Source: an uncultured Eggerthella sp. (GTDB taxonomy: Bacteria > Actinomycetota > Coriobacteriia > Coriobacteriales > Eggerthellaceae). Taken from it: a DNA stretch of 55,143 nt. The notes under the pieces were generated by a model. It saw only the letters and a program-made list of their open reading frames with translations, was not told where the DNA came from and made no database searches. Position numbers and translations under genes: made by a program. Position 1 is the stretch's first letter. Each line of letters starts with the position of its first letter. Below, piece after piece: positions 29,014 to 39,006 of the stretch. The stretch covers positions 1 to 55,143 of the forward strand of contig URMQ01000001.1 in the NCBI GenBank assembly GCA_900548955.1, read 5' to 3'.

Positions 29014-29970
29014 ATGAACAACACTATCTATAGCCGAAAAGTAGCCGTAGTAGGATGCGGATTCGTGGGATCTACCTGCGCTTTCAGCCTTATGCAATCA
29101 AGCCTTTTTTCGGAAATGGTTTTAATTGATGTGAATAACGCCAGAGCCGAAGGAGAAGCTTTAGATATTGCACATGGTGTTCCCTACTATAGCCCCATGA
29201 ATATTTACGCTGGTTCTTATAAAGACCTTGCGGATGCTTCTATTGTTGTTATTGCTGCAGGGGCAAATCAAAAACCCGGTGAAACACGCCTTGATTTACT
29301 ACAAACTAATGTTTCGATTCTAAAAGATGTTGTTTCTTCCATAATGGAACAGGATTTCAACGGCATCATCGTAGTGGTATCAAACCCAGTTGATATTTTG
29401 ACTCAGGTAGTAATGAAACTCTCTGGGCTTCCTAAAGAACGAGTACTGGGCTCTGGTACGGTATTAGACAGCGCACGCTTGAAGTATATCCTTGGTCATA
29501 CTCTTGATGTTGATCCTCGTCATGTTCATGCACGCATTATTGGCGAACATGGTGACAGCGAATTAGCTGCATGGAGCTTAGCTAATATTTCTGGTATTCA
29601 TATCGATGATTTCTTCCGTCTTCGCGGATTTAATAATCCCGAAGCCATGCGCAAACAAATCGAAAACGAAGTTCGTAATAGTGCCTACGAAATTATCGAA
29701 AAGAAGCGCGCTACCTACTTTGGCATTGCGCCTTCCGTTACCCGCATTTGCGAAGCTATTATCCGTGACGAAAAGTCCATCATGACGGTGTCAAACTATT
29801 GGCACGAGTTGCATGGCGTAAAAGACGTGGTAATGAGCATGCCAGCAATTATCGGAAGTTCAGGAGTAGAATTCCAAATCCCTCTACATCTAAACGAGGA
29901 TGAAACTAAGCATCTGCAAGAATCGGCACAAACTCTTAAGAACACCCTTAATCAAGTATCGTTTGAATAG
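29014..29970 (+). CDS. ldh: L-lactate dehydrogenase
   Basis: GCGFVG, GANQKPGETRLDL (Gln specificity residue), SNPVD, LDSAR, GEHGDS. Confidence 0.96.
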   Translation: MNNTIYSRKVAVVGCGFVGSTCAFSLMQSSLFSEMVLIDVNNARAEGEALDIAHGVPYYSPMNIYAGSYKDLADASIVVIAAGANQKPGETRLDLLQTNVSILKDVVSSIMEQDFNGIIVVVSNPVDILTQVVMKLSGLPKERVLGSGTVLDSARLKYILGHTLDVDPRHVHARIIGEHGDSELAAWSLANISGIHIDDFFRLRGFNNPEAMRKQIENEVRNSAYEIIEKKRATYFGIAPSVTRICEAIIRDEKSIMTVSNYWHELHGVKDVVMSMPAIIGSSGVEFQIPLHLNEDETKHLQESAQTLKNTLNQVSFE

Positions 29971-29971
29971 C

Positions 29972-30003
29972 ATAAAGCCCAAGGAAAAATCCTTGGGCTT
30001 TAT
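29972..30003. terminator. Bidirectional terminator between ldh and the M28-like gene
   Basis: ATAAAGCCCAAGGA-AAAA-TCCTTGGGCTTTAT perfect 14-bp stem. Confidence 0.85.
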
Positions 30004-30043
30004 TATTATCTTGTCTTGTTGCCTTGCTAGAGCAGCCTTGTGT

Positions 30044-33000
30044 TTAAATGCTCTTCAAAATTGCCATGATGAAATTCGAAGCCTCTTTGAGTGATTCGGG
30101 ATCAATGTTTTCAACAATGTCATTTTCTGCAGAATACAATGCTGTATTGCCATCACCCATACCTGCCACGGTAAAGGCCTGAATACCACGAGCCATAGCA
30201 ATAGTAGCGGGCGTTTCCCTGCAAGTAAGCGGAGCGGTGTGATATACCACACCAGAACGTTCACTTGCCTGACGAACAAAACGCTTAATACGAGAAGAAG
30301 GACGATGGGTCTTGAAAGTTTCGCTTTCTTGATCAACAACCGAAAGAGTTCCTGCACCAAGAGCCTCAAGATTAATAATTACCGCACCCTTCATTTCGTC
30401 AGCATGTTCATCCAAAAATGCCGTAATACCAGAATGCGAATACTGGTCTGATCCAAGCGCAACAAACCACACTTCAGTATCGATATCAGGATGACGGAAA
30501 TCTTGCAGCTTACGCAATTCGCGGTTTATCTGCTCTGCGGTAATAGCATCATCGTCAGTATGCGTGTAGGGATTATCTTCAACGAGCGCTTGGCTTTCTT
30601 CAAGTATAACGTCATCATACATTTCGTCTTGCTCTGGTGTGGGCTCTTCTGCCTTATTCTGACTTCTCTTCAAGCGGCTCAACGAAAAAGCGCCACCGTT
30701 CCAACCACGCCTGTTGTCAAAATCGGTTTCGTGATAATCGATGTCAACAAATCCATCATTGTTTGCTTGAGGTATCTGTGTAGTAGCACCTGGTGCTGCA
30801 TTTTCCTTATCATCTTGACGGAAGCTTGACCAATCACCACGTGCCTTGCCCACACTACGAGCATCGTAAGAATCGTCTACATTGACCCAATCATTAACCG
30901 AAACATCTTCTTGCTTATCCTTCTTTTTCTTGCGAAAACGTCCGAACAAACGACCCGCACGTGATTTCGGCATCTCCACATAACCGCGACCAGCATATGC
31001 GCCTGTTTCGGTATAGTCTTCGTCATAGGCAGAATCATCAGCGTCATCAATATACAGATCTTCTGGAGCAACATCTGCCACAAGTTCATCACCGACAGGA
31101 GCAAACGAACCTGTTCCTCCTACCGTTGAGAAAGATCCTGTTGCAGAAACAGTAGTATTAGCAGGACTTGAATTATCCAAAGAGGGCAAATTCAAACCAA
31201 AGGTATCTTTTTTCTCAACTTCAACTGGCTCTATTCCATTAGTATCACCGATACGTGGAAGCATGTTAGACAACAATGCCTTAGAACCCGCTTTTGTGCT
31301 TTCATTTGATTCTGCCATGGGAGCACGCTGTTTAGCAGCTTCGCCAGAAGTTGCTTGGGGGGCTACCACATCGGGCAAAACAATTACTTGACGTTTTGCT
31401 TGTTGCTGGCTCTCAACCTCTTCTGCTGAAGGAACCTGGGGGATCATTGTTTCCATACCCATAATTGGGGAAGCAACTTCTACCGATTCTTCTTGTGCTC
31501 GAGGTTCAATTATTGGCTCATGAGCGCTAGCCTCTTGAATAGCTTCCTGGATTTGTTCTGAAGAAACTTTCTGCGTTTCTTCAGCATCAGGTGCACTACG
31601 ATCCACATCAAGCGTGCCACGACTGATGGGTTGTGGCACATACTTGTCCACATCGCCATAAATATCGCTGTTATCGAAAGCATCATCTTCAACAAGATCA
31701 GTTTCATCAAACTGCTCTTTGTTCATGAATTGAGACACATCAATAGGAGAAATAGCTGCGGTTTCACCTGGAGACGCCACTGCTGCTTTCTTAGTTGCTG
31801 CTTCTGGCTGTAGGTTATCAGAAATTTCTTCTTCCTCGGATCCTTCAGTAGACACCGATGCATTTTGAGTGGTTGCTTGAGTAAGCTGATCCTCATCAAC
31901 GTGAGTACGCGAAGTAACCGATTTCAAGCGTGAGGCAAAAGCACGAGCCCCCGTTTCGCTTTTACGCACCGATTGAGAAAAACTTCTGCTCGATGATTTT
32001 TCCTGTTGATCTTCTTGACGCGCAGCATTCTGAAGTTGCGTATTTTGAACCTGAGTATCTTCAGATTTGGTTGCCCCAGAAACAGCTTCCACTGGGTCAG
32101 CGGGAATTTCCATATTATCCAGAACTGCCTGAGTGGAATCGGTAATATGAGGAGCTTCAGCTGATTCAATTTCAGATCTAAGCGCCGCAAGACGTGAAGC
32201 CAACTCAGGGTTTTCACTCTCTGAATCAGATACGTTAGCAGAAGAATCTGCTTGAACCTGTGATGGTTGCATTCCAGCATCAACTTGGTGAGCGGTTTGA
32301 TTTTCCATCAAATGTGCTGCCACGGTATCCGCATAACGAGAACGAGAAACCTTGCGTGGTTGGCTTTCTTCTGGCTTGTTTTTTCGTGCTTTTGCTTGAG
32401 CTGCTTTTGCCCATGCAGGGGTTTTATCCACCGAAGCACTTGGCATTGCAGCAGCATTATCCACCATAGCCATTGGAGCAGGACGCTCAAAGGATGCTGC
32501 TTCTGAGTAGGAATCTAGCTGAGCAGCATTCTGTTCTTCTTCAACACCTTGAGCTTCAGATTGAATATGCTCTTCTTGAACCTGATCTTCTACTCGTGAA
32601 CGAGGCGTTGCTGATGCGCTTTCTCCTGCTTCAGCTTCATTATCCATGGAAACCATGGTGCGGAAACGTCTTTGCTTATTTGGAGAAATTTGAGGAGTTT
32701 CGCTTACTTCAAAATGGATGCTTGAAACAGCCTCTTCATCAACAGGCTCCAAACCGCCGCCTTTAACAAGGCGAGAAGAAATATCAGTAACTGGAACCTT
32801 ATCTGCTACTGGCTTTCCTGTAAGTGCCGCAATTGCTGCCTTTGCAGCAGCAAGGGATTCTTGTGGGCTAAGGTTTGAATCGTATTCAAGTGAAGCTCCC
32901 TCTGGAACAACTCCTGCCGCACGTGCGGCAGATTCACCATGAACATAATTTCCTTCTTGCTTAGCGCGCTCAAGCACTTCTTCGTTGCTTACTAAGCCAG

Positions 33001-33724
33001 TACCCACCTGACGGGCAACATCCATTAAAACCGCAACGCCCGCAGCGTTGTTGTTTGCAGACTGGCTATAAGGTGCCACCAAGTGCAGTACTGCACGAGC
33101 AAGAGGAATAACAAATAGAACAGCGCAAATCACAAGAAGCATTACCAAAATGGAAGATATTGCACCAGTATCAGTTGCAAAAAATGTCATACGTAAAAAT
33201 AAAACGAGCACTGCAACAGCAAGAGCAATGATAGATGCTTTATTTAGTAGCGGGAGAATGCCTGCTATGGGCAATTCTTCCTCTTTTAAAACTTTGCCTG
33301 TGTCGTAATTTGCTACCAAAATTATTTTGCGCCTACGAGCAACTCCACCCATTGGCGTTGGCTGATATTTAGCTACTACGTTTTGACTAGCTCCCGCACG
33401 CAAAAAACGAGATAGAACAGGCTTCTTAAATACTTCTAAACCAAACAATACTGCCGCTAATACAACAGCAATGAAGCAAGGAATTACCGCTATTGGCAAC
33501 ACGATTGAAACAATAACCGCAACCAAAGCTAGTCCAAAGCATACAAATGTAGGAATTAAGTAATTAGTTACACATTGGAAATCTTCGATAACAGAAGTAA
33601 AACCAGATTCTTTTTGGATTTCCTCCGCCAAATACAGTGCTGCCTGTTGTTCTTCTTCAGTTCCTGCTGGATGAGGACCAATCTCTTGAGACAGATGAAC
33701 AATGTCATCCATTATTTCAGCCAT
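30044..33724 (-). CDS. Membrane-anchored M28 peptidase-fold protein with a very large low-complexity insertion, probably catalytically inactive
   Basis: IGPHPAGTEEE, IILVANYDT and ANNNAAGVAVL in the N-terminal part; WFVALGSDQ, INLEALG and NDIVENID in the C-terminal part; four TM segments. Confidence 0.75.
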   Translation of the reverse strand: MAEIMDDIVHLSQEIGPHPAGTEEEQQAALYLAEEIQKESGFTSVIEDFQCVTNYLIPTFVCFGLALVAVIVSIVLPIAVIPCFIAVVLAAVLFGLEVFKKPVLSRFLRAGASQNVVAKYQPTPMGGVARRRKIILVANYDTGKVLKEEELPIAGILPLLNKASIIALAVAVLVLFLRMTFFATDTGAISSILVMLLVICAVLFVIPLARAVLHLVAPYSQSANNNAAGVAVLMDVARQVGTGLVSNEEVLERAKQEGNYVHGESAARAAGVVPEGASLEYDSNLSPQESLAAAKAAIAALTGKPVADKVPVTDISSRLVKGGGLEPVDEEAVSSIHFEVSETPQISPNKQRRFRTMVSMDNEAEAGESASATPRSRVEDQVQEEHIQSEAQGVEEEQNAAQLDSYSEAASFERPAPMAMVDNAAAMPSASVDKTPAWAKAAQAKARKNKPEESQPRKVSRSRYADTVAAHLMENQTAHQVDAGMQPSQVQADSSANVSDSESENPELASRLAALRSEIESAEAPHITDSTQAVLDNMEIPADPVEAVSGATKSEDTQVQNTQLQNAARQEDQQEKSSSRSFSQSVRKSETGARAFASRLKSVTSRTHVDEDQLTQATTQNASVSTEGSEEEEISDNLQPEAATKKAAVASPGETAAISPIDVSQFMNKEQFDETDLVEDDAFDNSDIYGDVDKYVPQPISRGTLDVDRSAPDAEETQKVSSEQIQEAIQEASAHEPIIEPRAQEESVEVASPIMGMETMIPQVPSAEEVESQQQAKRQVIVLPDVVAPQATSGEAAKQRAPMAESNESTKAGSKALLSNMLPRIGDTNGIEPVEVEKKDTFGLNLPSLDNSSPANTTVSATGSFSTVGGTGSFAPVGDELVADVAPEDLYIDDADDSAYDEDYTETGAYAGRGYVEMPKSRAGRLFGRFRKKKKDKQEDVSVNDWVNVDDSYDARSVGKARGDWSSFRQDDKENAAPGATTQIPQANNDGFVDIDYHETDFDNRRGWNGGAFSLSRLKRSQNKAEEPTPEQDEMYDDVILEESQALVEDNPYTHTDDDAITAEQINRELRKLQDFRHPDIDTEVWFVALGSDQYSHSGITAFLDEHADEMKGAVIINLEALGAGTLSVVDQESETFKTHRPSSRIKRFVRQASERSGVVYHTAPLTCRETPATIAMARGIQAFTVAGMGDGNTALYSAENDIVENIDPESLKEASNFIMAILKSI

Positions 33725-33899
33725 GGAAGCCCCTTTTGTTATATGTGTTGCGCATCTATTGCGCGAAGTTCAATATGTATACAGACCCTATAAGTATACG
33801 CCATTTCTATACTCCATTTACTTTTCAATACACATCTGACGCTCTCAGTTGAACCTGTTCTCGTTTTCTTCATAATTTCACTACACACAGCACTTGATA

Positions 33900-35225
33900 C
33901 TACCTATTGGTTCCTAGGTACTCACGCAAAAACGCATCGTGAGTAGCCGCATCAGAACGTGCTTTTTCGTAGTCTTGAGTGAGTGCTTCTTGAGAGGCGA
34001 CATACGCATTAACCACTATTTCAGTTAAATCGCTTGGGAGAGATTCCGCCATCGTGCTAGCTTCAGCATCGGCTGCGTTATAGGCATCATTGTGTGCTTC
34101 TGCGGTTGCTCTGTCTTGAATCAAAATAGCCGCATTAGAGGCGAGCGCTTCTCCTGCTGCTTCGCTTTTCTTGGTCACATAGTTCAATAGTCCCGTAAAA
34201 TCTGCTGAAGAATAGTAGCCTTGGGCTTGCTCTATTAACGTTTTTGCTTCTTCAAATTTGCCTTTGGCTGAAGTGGTGTACTCCGTGGATTGAGCAACTG
34301 TTTCTTCATTGGTATTTGCAATAACTTGCGCTGATTGAGCCAGTAAAGCATTTCCTTCATTTATGGCGTTTTGGGCTTGTTCTACTAAATCGAGAGCTTG
34401 CTTAGCGGTTATGTCGTCATTGAGACGCTGTTCTGCAAAATCAAGCATTGTTTCACGAGAAACAATAGTTGCAAGTACATGATCCGCAGCTTCTTTATCG
34501 CGCTGAGAACCTTCTAGTTCATTACGAGCTTTTTCTGCATAACCACGCGCTGTACTAAGATCTTCCCGAACACCTGGTATCGAATCAACCAACGAGGTTG
34601 CTGTTGAAACAGTATTGTCATCGAAAGGTGACTGGAAAAAAGTATCTATAGTAACGGTAACTTCGTCGCTTTTTTCAATGATGTCACATGCTTCATGAAG
34701 AACACCAACACTGGTACTTAATCTAACTTGTTCTTGATACAACCACGAACCGCCTACAGCCGCAGCGCAGATGCATAGTGTTGCAACTACCGCAATGCTT
34801 ACCTGACGATATCGCTTACGACGTCTTTGACGTTGGGCGATTTCGGCTTGAGAATCCATCCCGAGAAATGTTGAATTCGACCCGGAATGCTCTGAGGAGT
34901 GCTTGGACTCTTTTACAGCGCGCTTAAAACCTTTTGTTTTACGACTAGTTTTTTTAACGCTTTCTGCTTGATTTACTGAAGCACTACCGTTTTCTGGAAG
35001 CGAAGAAGGTAGAGGCGAAGCGTCTGTCTGGCTCTTTGTTCTTTTCTGCCAAAATCTGAATCTACGAGGGGGCTCATCTAGGTCGGCAACTTTTTGCTCT
35101 AACACATTTAAAGAAAGCTCATTAGGCTTTCCTTGAGAAAATTCCTTTAAATGAAGAAACTTTCGTTCCTTTTGACCTAGTCCTCTTAAAGGTTCAACTT
35201 TTTTTGTCTTCTTGTTTTTAACCAC
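33900..35225 (-). CDS. Hypothetical bitopic membrane protein with Ala-rich helical ectodomain
   Basis: Basic disordered N-terminus, RRRKRYR followed by one TM helix, then a coiled-coil-like C-terminus. Confidence 0.8.
   Translation of the reverse strand: MVKNKKTKKVEPLRGLGQKERKFLHLKEFSQGKPNELSLNVLEQKVADLDEPPRRFRFWQKRTKSQTDASPLPSSLPENGSASVNQAESVKKTSRKTKGFKRAVKESKHSSEHSGSNSTFLGMDSQAEIAQRQRRRKRYRQVSIAVVATLCICAAAVGGSWLYQEQVRLSTSVGVLHEACDIIEKSDEVTVTIDTFFQSPFDDNTVSTATSLVDSIPGVREDLSTARGYAEKARNELEGSQRDKEAADHVLATIVSRETMLDFAEQRLNDDITAKQALDLVEQAQNAINEGNALLAQSAQVIANTNEETVAQSTEYTTSAKGKFEEAKTLIEQAQGYYSSADFTGLLNYVTKKSEAAGEALASNAAILIQDRATAEAHNDAYNAADAEASTMAESLPSDLTEIVVNAYVASQEALTQDYEKARSDAATHDAFLREYLGTNR
34449..34464. 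promoter_or_regulatory. parS-like site (1 mismatch) inside a CDS
   Basis: TGTTTCACGAGAAACA, extended palindrome ATTGTTTCACGAGAAACAAT. Confidence 0.5.
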
Positions 35226-35246
35226 AAACGCACCTTCGCTTCATCT

Positions 35247-38200
35247 TTATTCTTCGTTTGATGAATTGCACCTGTTTGTAGCATGATGCAAGAAAACATC
35301 TTCTGCTATTTCGTCGCATGTAAGATATGAAATAGTATGACTTGGAAGAGAATTTAAAAATTTCTTTCCGTAGTATTTGGTAATAAGACGCTTATCAGCC
35401 AAAACAACTATACCTTTATCTGTTGAAGTCCGAATCAGTCTTCCTACCGCCTGCTTTATCTCAATTACCGCTGCAGGAAGAGAATAATGGGCCCATGCGC
35501 GATCGTCACGCTGTTGGCGTTCGCAAGATAGCGGATCTGTTGGTAAACCAAAAGGCAGTTTAGGAATAATTACCCCTTTTAAGGTTGATCCAGGCGCGTC
35601 AAAACCTTCCCAGAAACTCTTCAATGCAAACAAGCTTAAATGTTCATCTTTTAAGAAATCGTCTTTTAACCCTTTAACAGAGACACCCCATTTTTGACAT
35701 ACCAGCCTTAAACCGTCTTCCTTTAATGCAGGACGAACCGCTTCGAAACACTGTTCCATTTCACGTCTATTTGTAAACAGGGTAAGAAGAGAACCCTGTT
35801 GCGCACGATGCAATTTAATCAAAAATGATTCCAAAGCTTCAAGATATCCAGGTTCTTGAGGTTCTGGAATATCAGTAGGCACATATACATGCATATTAGT
35901 ATCAAAATCGAAGCTTGATTCCACTTGAAGTGTATCAGCCTGTGATTCTTCTGATTCGTTAAACCCTATCGCTCTATTAAACGCTTCAAACTGACCATCG
36001 ATAGATAAAGTAGCGGATGCGTAAATGACGCTTCTTGTTTCAGCGTAAAGCGATTCGTTTAGTGACTTTCCAATATCAAGCGGCTGAACATTGAAAACTT
36101 CCTCCAAGATACCCTTTGTTCTGTTTAGACGAACTGAATATACTTGGTTGTCGCTTTCGTGGAAAAATATAATTTCAAGTGCATCGTATAATTCGCGCAG
36201 TTCCAAAGCCACTAAAGCTAATTCTCGCTGCGCACTAGAGGTATCTTCCACCTGTTCAGCATATGCAACAATATCCCGTGTTGCTTTAATAAGTTTCTCT
36301 AACGTGTCATATAGACTTCTTGCGCAGCTTCGTACTCCTTGAAATGTTTCGCTCTGGCGAATTTCAGTATTCAACCACAAGTCGAACCATTCATATCCCC
36401 TTGGGCGAGATTTCTCGTCAAACACCAGTAAGTCTTTAGCACTTAAGCAAAACTCTTCTGCCGCAATTGAAAAAGCACCTGCTGCTGTCTGAGCTTTAGA
36501 TATAAGAGCACCATAGAGCGCTTGAGCTTCTTCTGGCGCTTGAGCGCTTCGCTTTATTCGAGTTAACACATTTATTGTGGCGGAGTCGCTTGTTACTTTT
36601 TGTATTAGCGCCTGAATCTCATTACTAGATACTGATAAAGAAAATGCTCGTCTTGCTTCTGCTTCCGCACCATGAGCCTCATCAACAACCCAATAGCGAA
36701 TAGGAGGTAAGAGTCCTCCTTCAAAACGGACATCCCAGAATAACAAGCTGTGGTTAGTAACCACCACATCACAGCGTTGTGCCTGTTCACGTGCTCCATG
36801 CACAAAACAAGAACGACCAAAAAATGGACATTTTCTGCGCAGACATTCTGCGCTGCTAGTTGTTATTCGCTTGCGCGGTATAGCGCGGTAATCTATTTTG
36901 AGCGCGTCCATATCATCGTAGTCGCTCTGCTCAATAAACGACAAAAGGGCAGATAGTGAAGGTGTTTGATTGATAGACTGTTTTTTATACAGTATTGTTT
37001 TTGGTCCACGATTCACTAGTGTTTCAATTTTTCGTAAACACGGGTAGTGACTAAACCCTTTTAACGGAGCATACGTTATTCCTAATGCCTTATGTAAAAG
37101 AGGTAACTCCTTATGAACTAACTGATCTAAAAGGGCATTGGTTTTTGTGGCTACTCCAACGGTAATTCCGTTTTCTTTTGCTGCATAAGCAAGAGGAATA
37201 AGATAGGCCATGGACTTACCTACACCAGTTCCCGCTTCAACAGCCAAATTGCGCGACTGCGATAACGCTTCATGCACAGCAAGAGCCATTTCTTTCTGTT
37301 CATTGCGCGTTTCGTAGTCCTTATACAAAGAGCCCAGTAAGCCTTCTGGCGAAAACGCGGCTGCAATTACTTTTTTATCCACAAAAGAAAGAACATCCGT
37401 TTCAGAAGTTTCATGCTTCGCATCTGAGTAAATTCCACTTGCAGGACTATTTGCATCAGGCCTCATAGAAGCTAAATTTTTAGTAAGCGATTCCTTACGA
37501 TGCAACCTTAGTTTATAAGCCTTGCCTTTAAGTTCTTCCCATACCTGAGGGTCAGCAAGCTGACGAAATACATACGCGGTATTCCATTCTTCAACTTCAT
37601 TCATGTCCCCTATGGCGCAAATAAGAGGCTGAGGCAGCGTTGCAACCGCTGCAAGCAGAATTCGATATACCAAACAGGTTGCTGCAACATCATCGTCTGC
37701 GCGATGCGTAGAATCAGGTCCTCCAAAAGCACGCACTAAATCTAAAAGACGATGCGAAGTAAAGCGAGGAAGAGCAATACGCGCTAGATCAAGAGAATCT
37801 ATCCAACGATTTTGTTTAAGTGATTCTCCAGCCTCACGCTTTGTAACAAACGTACGGTCAAAATTCGCATTATGTGCAACAAGATCTGAATCGCCCACAA
37901 ATTCCACTAGACCGCGCAGTGCTTCATCAGGATCAGGAGCATCTACTACATCACTATCACTGATATTTGTAAGGTGAGCAACGTCTTCAGGAATTTGTTT
38001 TCCTGGGTTAACAAATGTTATATACCATTCAACAATTTTCCCGTGAGCCATTCTCGCAGCAGCAATCTGAATTAACTCATCATGATTAAACGAAAACCCT
38101 GTTGTTTCCGTATCGATTACTACCACATCTTCATCTAATACACCGAAATCATGGGTTTGTGCATACTCTGCCAACCCGTGATATCGATCCCGAGTTCGTT

Positions 38201-38264
38201 GTGGTGTATTCTCTAGAATATACGTATCTAGGTTACTTAACTTATGTGTGCTTTGTTTTTCCAT
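35247..38264 (-). CDS. dinG: DnaQ-like 3'-5' exonuclease fused to DinG-family helicase
   Basis: DTETTG, AHNANFD and HRADDD (DEDDh); EAGTGVGKS, VVDEAH, SATL, QAVGRLIR; Fe-S-type cysteines present. Confidence 0.92.
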   Translation of the reverse strand: MEKQSTHKLSNLDTYILENTPQRTRDRYHGLAEYAQTHDFGVLDEDVVVIDTETTGFSFNHDELIQIAAARMAHGKIVEWYITFVNPGKQIPEDVAHLTNISDSDVVDAPDPDEALRGLVEFVGDSDLVAHNANFDRTFVTKREAGESLKQNRWIDSLDLARIALPRFTSHRLLDLVRAFGGPDSTHRADDDVAATCLVYRILLAAVATLPQPLICAIGDMNEVEEWNTAYVFRQLADPQVWEELKGKAYKLRLHRKESLTKNLASMRPDANSPASGIYSDAKHETSETDVLSFVDKKVIAAAFSPEGLLGSLYKDYETRNEQKEMALAVHEALSQSRNLAVEAGTGVGKSMAYLIPLAYAAKENGITVGVATKTNALLDQLVHKELPLLHKALGITYAPLKGFSHYPCLRKIETLVNRGPKTILYKKQSINQTPSLSALLSFIEQSDYDDMDALKIDYRAIPRKRITTSSAECLRRKCPFFGRSCFVHGAREQAQRCDVVVTNHSLLFWDVRFEGGLLPPIRYWVVDEAHGAEAEARRAFSLSVSSNEIQALIQKVTSDSATINVLTRIKRSAQAPEEAQALYGALISKAQTAAGAFSIAAEEFCLSAKDLLVFDEKSRPRGYEWFDLWLNTEIRQSETFQGVRSCARSLYDTLEKLIKATRDIVAYAEQVEDTSSAQRELALVALELRELYDALEIIFFHESDNQVYSVRLNRTKGILEEVFNVQPLDIGKSLNESLYAETRSVIYASATLSIDGQFEAFNRAIGFNESEESQADTLQVESSFDFDTNMHVYVPTDIPEPQEPGYLEALESFLIKLHRAQQGSLLTLFTNRREMEQCFEAVRPALKEDGLRLVCQKWGVSVKGLKDDFLKDEHLSLFALKSFWEGFDAPGSTLKGVIIPKLPFGLPTDPLSCERQQRDDRAWAHYSLPAAVIEIKQAVGRLIRTSTDKGIVVLADKRLITKYYGKKFLNSLPSHTISYLTCDEIAEDVFLHHATNRCNSSNEE

Positions 38265-38329
38265 AGCAGTAAGACTATCATTTATAAAATTCGATACCAA
38301 ACCATAACCCTTTAGTTGTAGGAGAAATC

Positions 38330-38974
38330 ATGACAAAAATAGGCTACTTCGCAACATACGCACGATTTGATACGGTCGACAAAGAAGCAGCTGCAGCTTT
38401 CCTAGGAGCAGACAACATTGTTGGTGACACGTTTACTATTGATCATGAAGTTACTCCTGATTCCGATAAAGCCTGGATTGTTAATCCTTTCGGCAAAAAA
38501 ATGGGATACCTAGAACCTAAAACTGCATCGCAAGTTGATCTTTGCAAAGCTAAAGGCTGGACAACTATTGCTATTTTGGCCCTGGTTGCTTTCTCTGAAG
38601 AACCATCTCCTGGCTTATATTGGGGTGAAGTGGTTATTATTTCCTACGATCCGAAATACGAGTCTGATTTTTCCGTTTTTGTTGAAGGTATTAGAAAACA
38701 GATTAGCAAAGGTGTTCGTCCAAAAGTTGCCCTTGGACCAGATTCACTCCAAACTATTATAAGTTCTCATGGTAACTGGCTTCCTACTGACCGTGTAGCA
38801 CTCCCAAAAAAAGAAAAGGGAACCGCCTGGGTTAAAACCGAACGAACCGGTACTGAAGCTCTTGTTGAACAAGCCCGTAAGGGTAACATCGGCTGTACTA
38901 TTGGTGCTTGGGCGTTTCTTTTAGTACTTGTTGCTCTTATAGTGTTTGGGCTCCACTCTTGCGGGCTGTTTTAA
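38330..38974 (+). CDS. Hypothetical protein with C-terminal TM anchor (HIRAN-like N-terminal pattern)
   Basis: RBS AGGAG; DKAWIVNPFGKKMGYL segment; hydrophobic C-terminus. Confidence 0.75.
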   Translation: MTKIGYFATYARFDTVDKEAAAAFLGADNIVGDTFTIDHEVTPDSDKAWIVNPFGKKMGYLEPKTASQVDLCKAKGWTTIAILALVAFSEEPSPGLYWGEVVIISYDPKYESDFSVFVEGIRKQISKGVRPKVALGPDSLQTIISSHGNWLPTDRVALPKKEKGTAWVKTERTGTEALVEQARKGNIGCTIGAWAFLLVLVALIVFGLHSCGLF

Positions 38975-39006
38975 AGAGCGCTTTGCTTTTATAAAGGCTA
39001 AAAACT

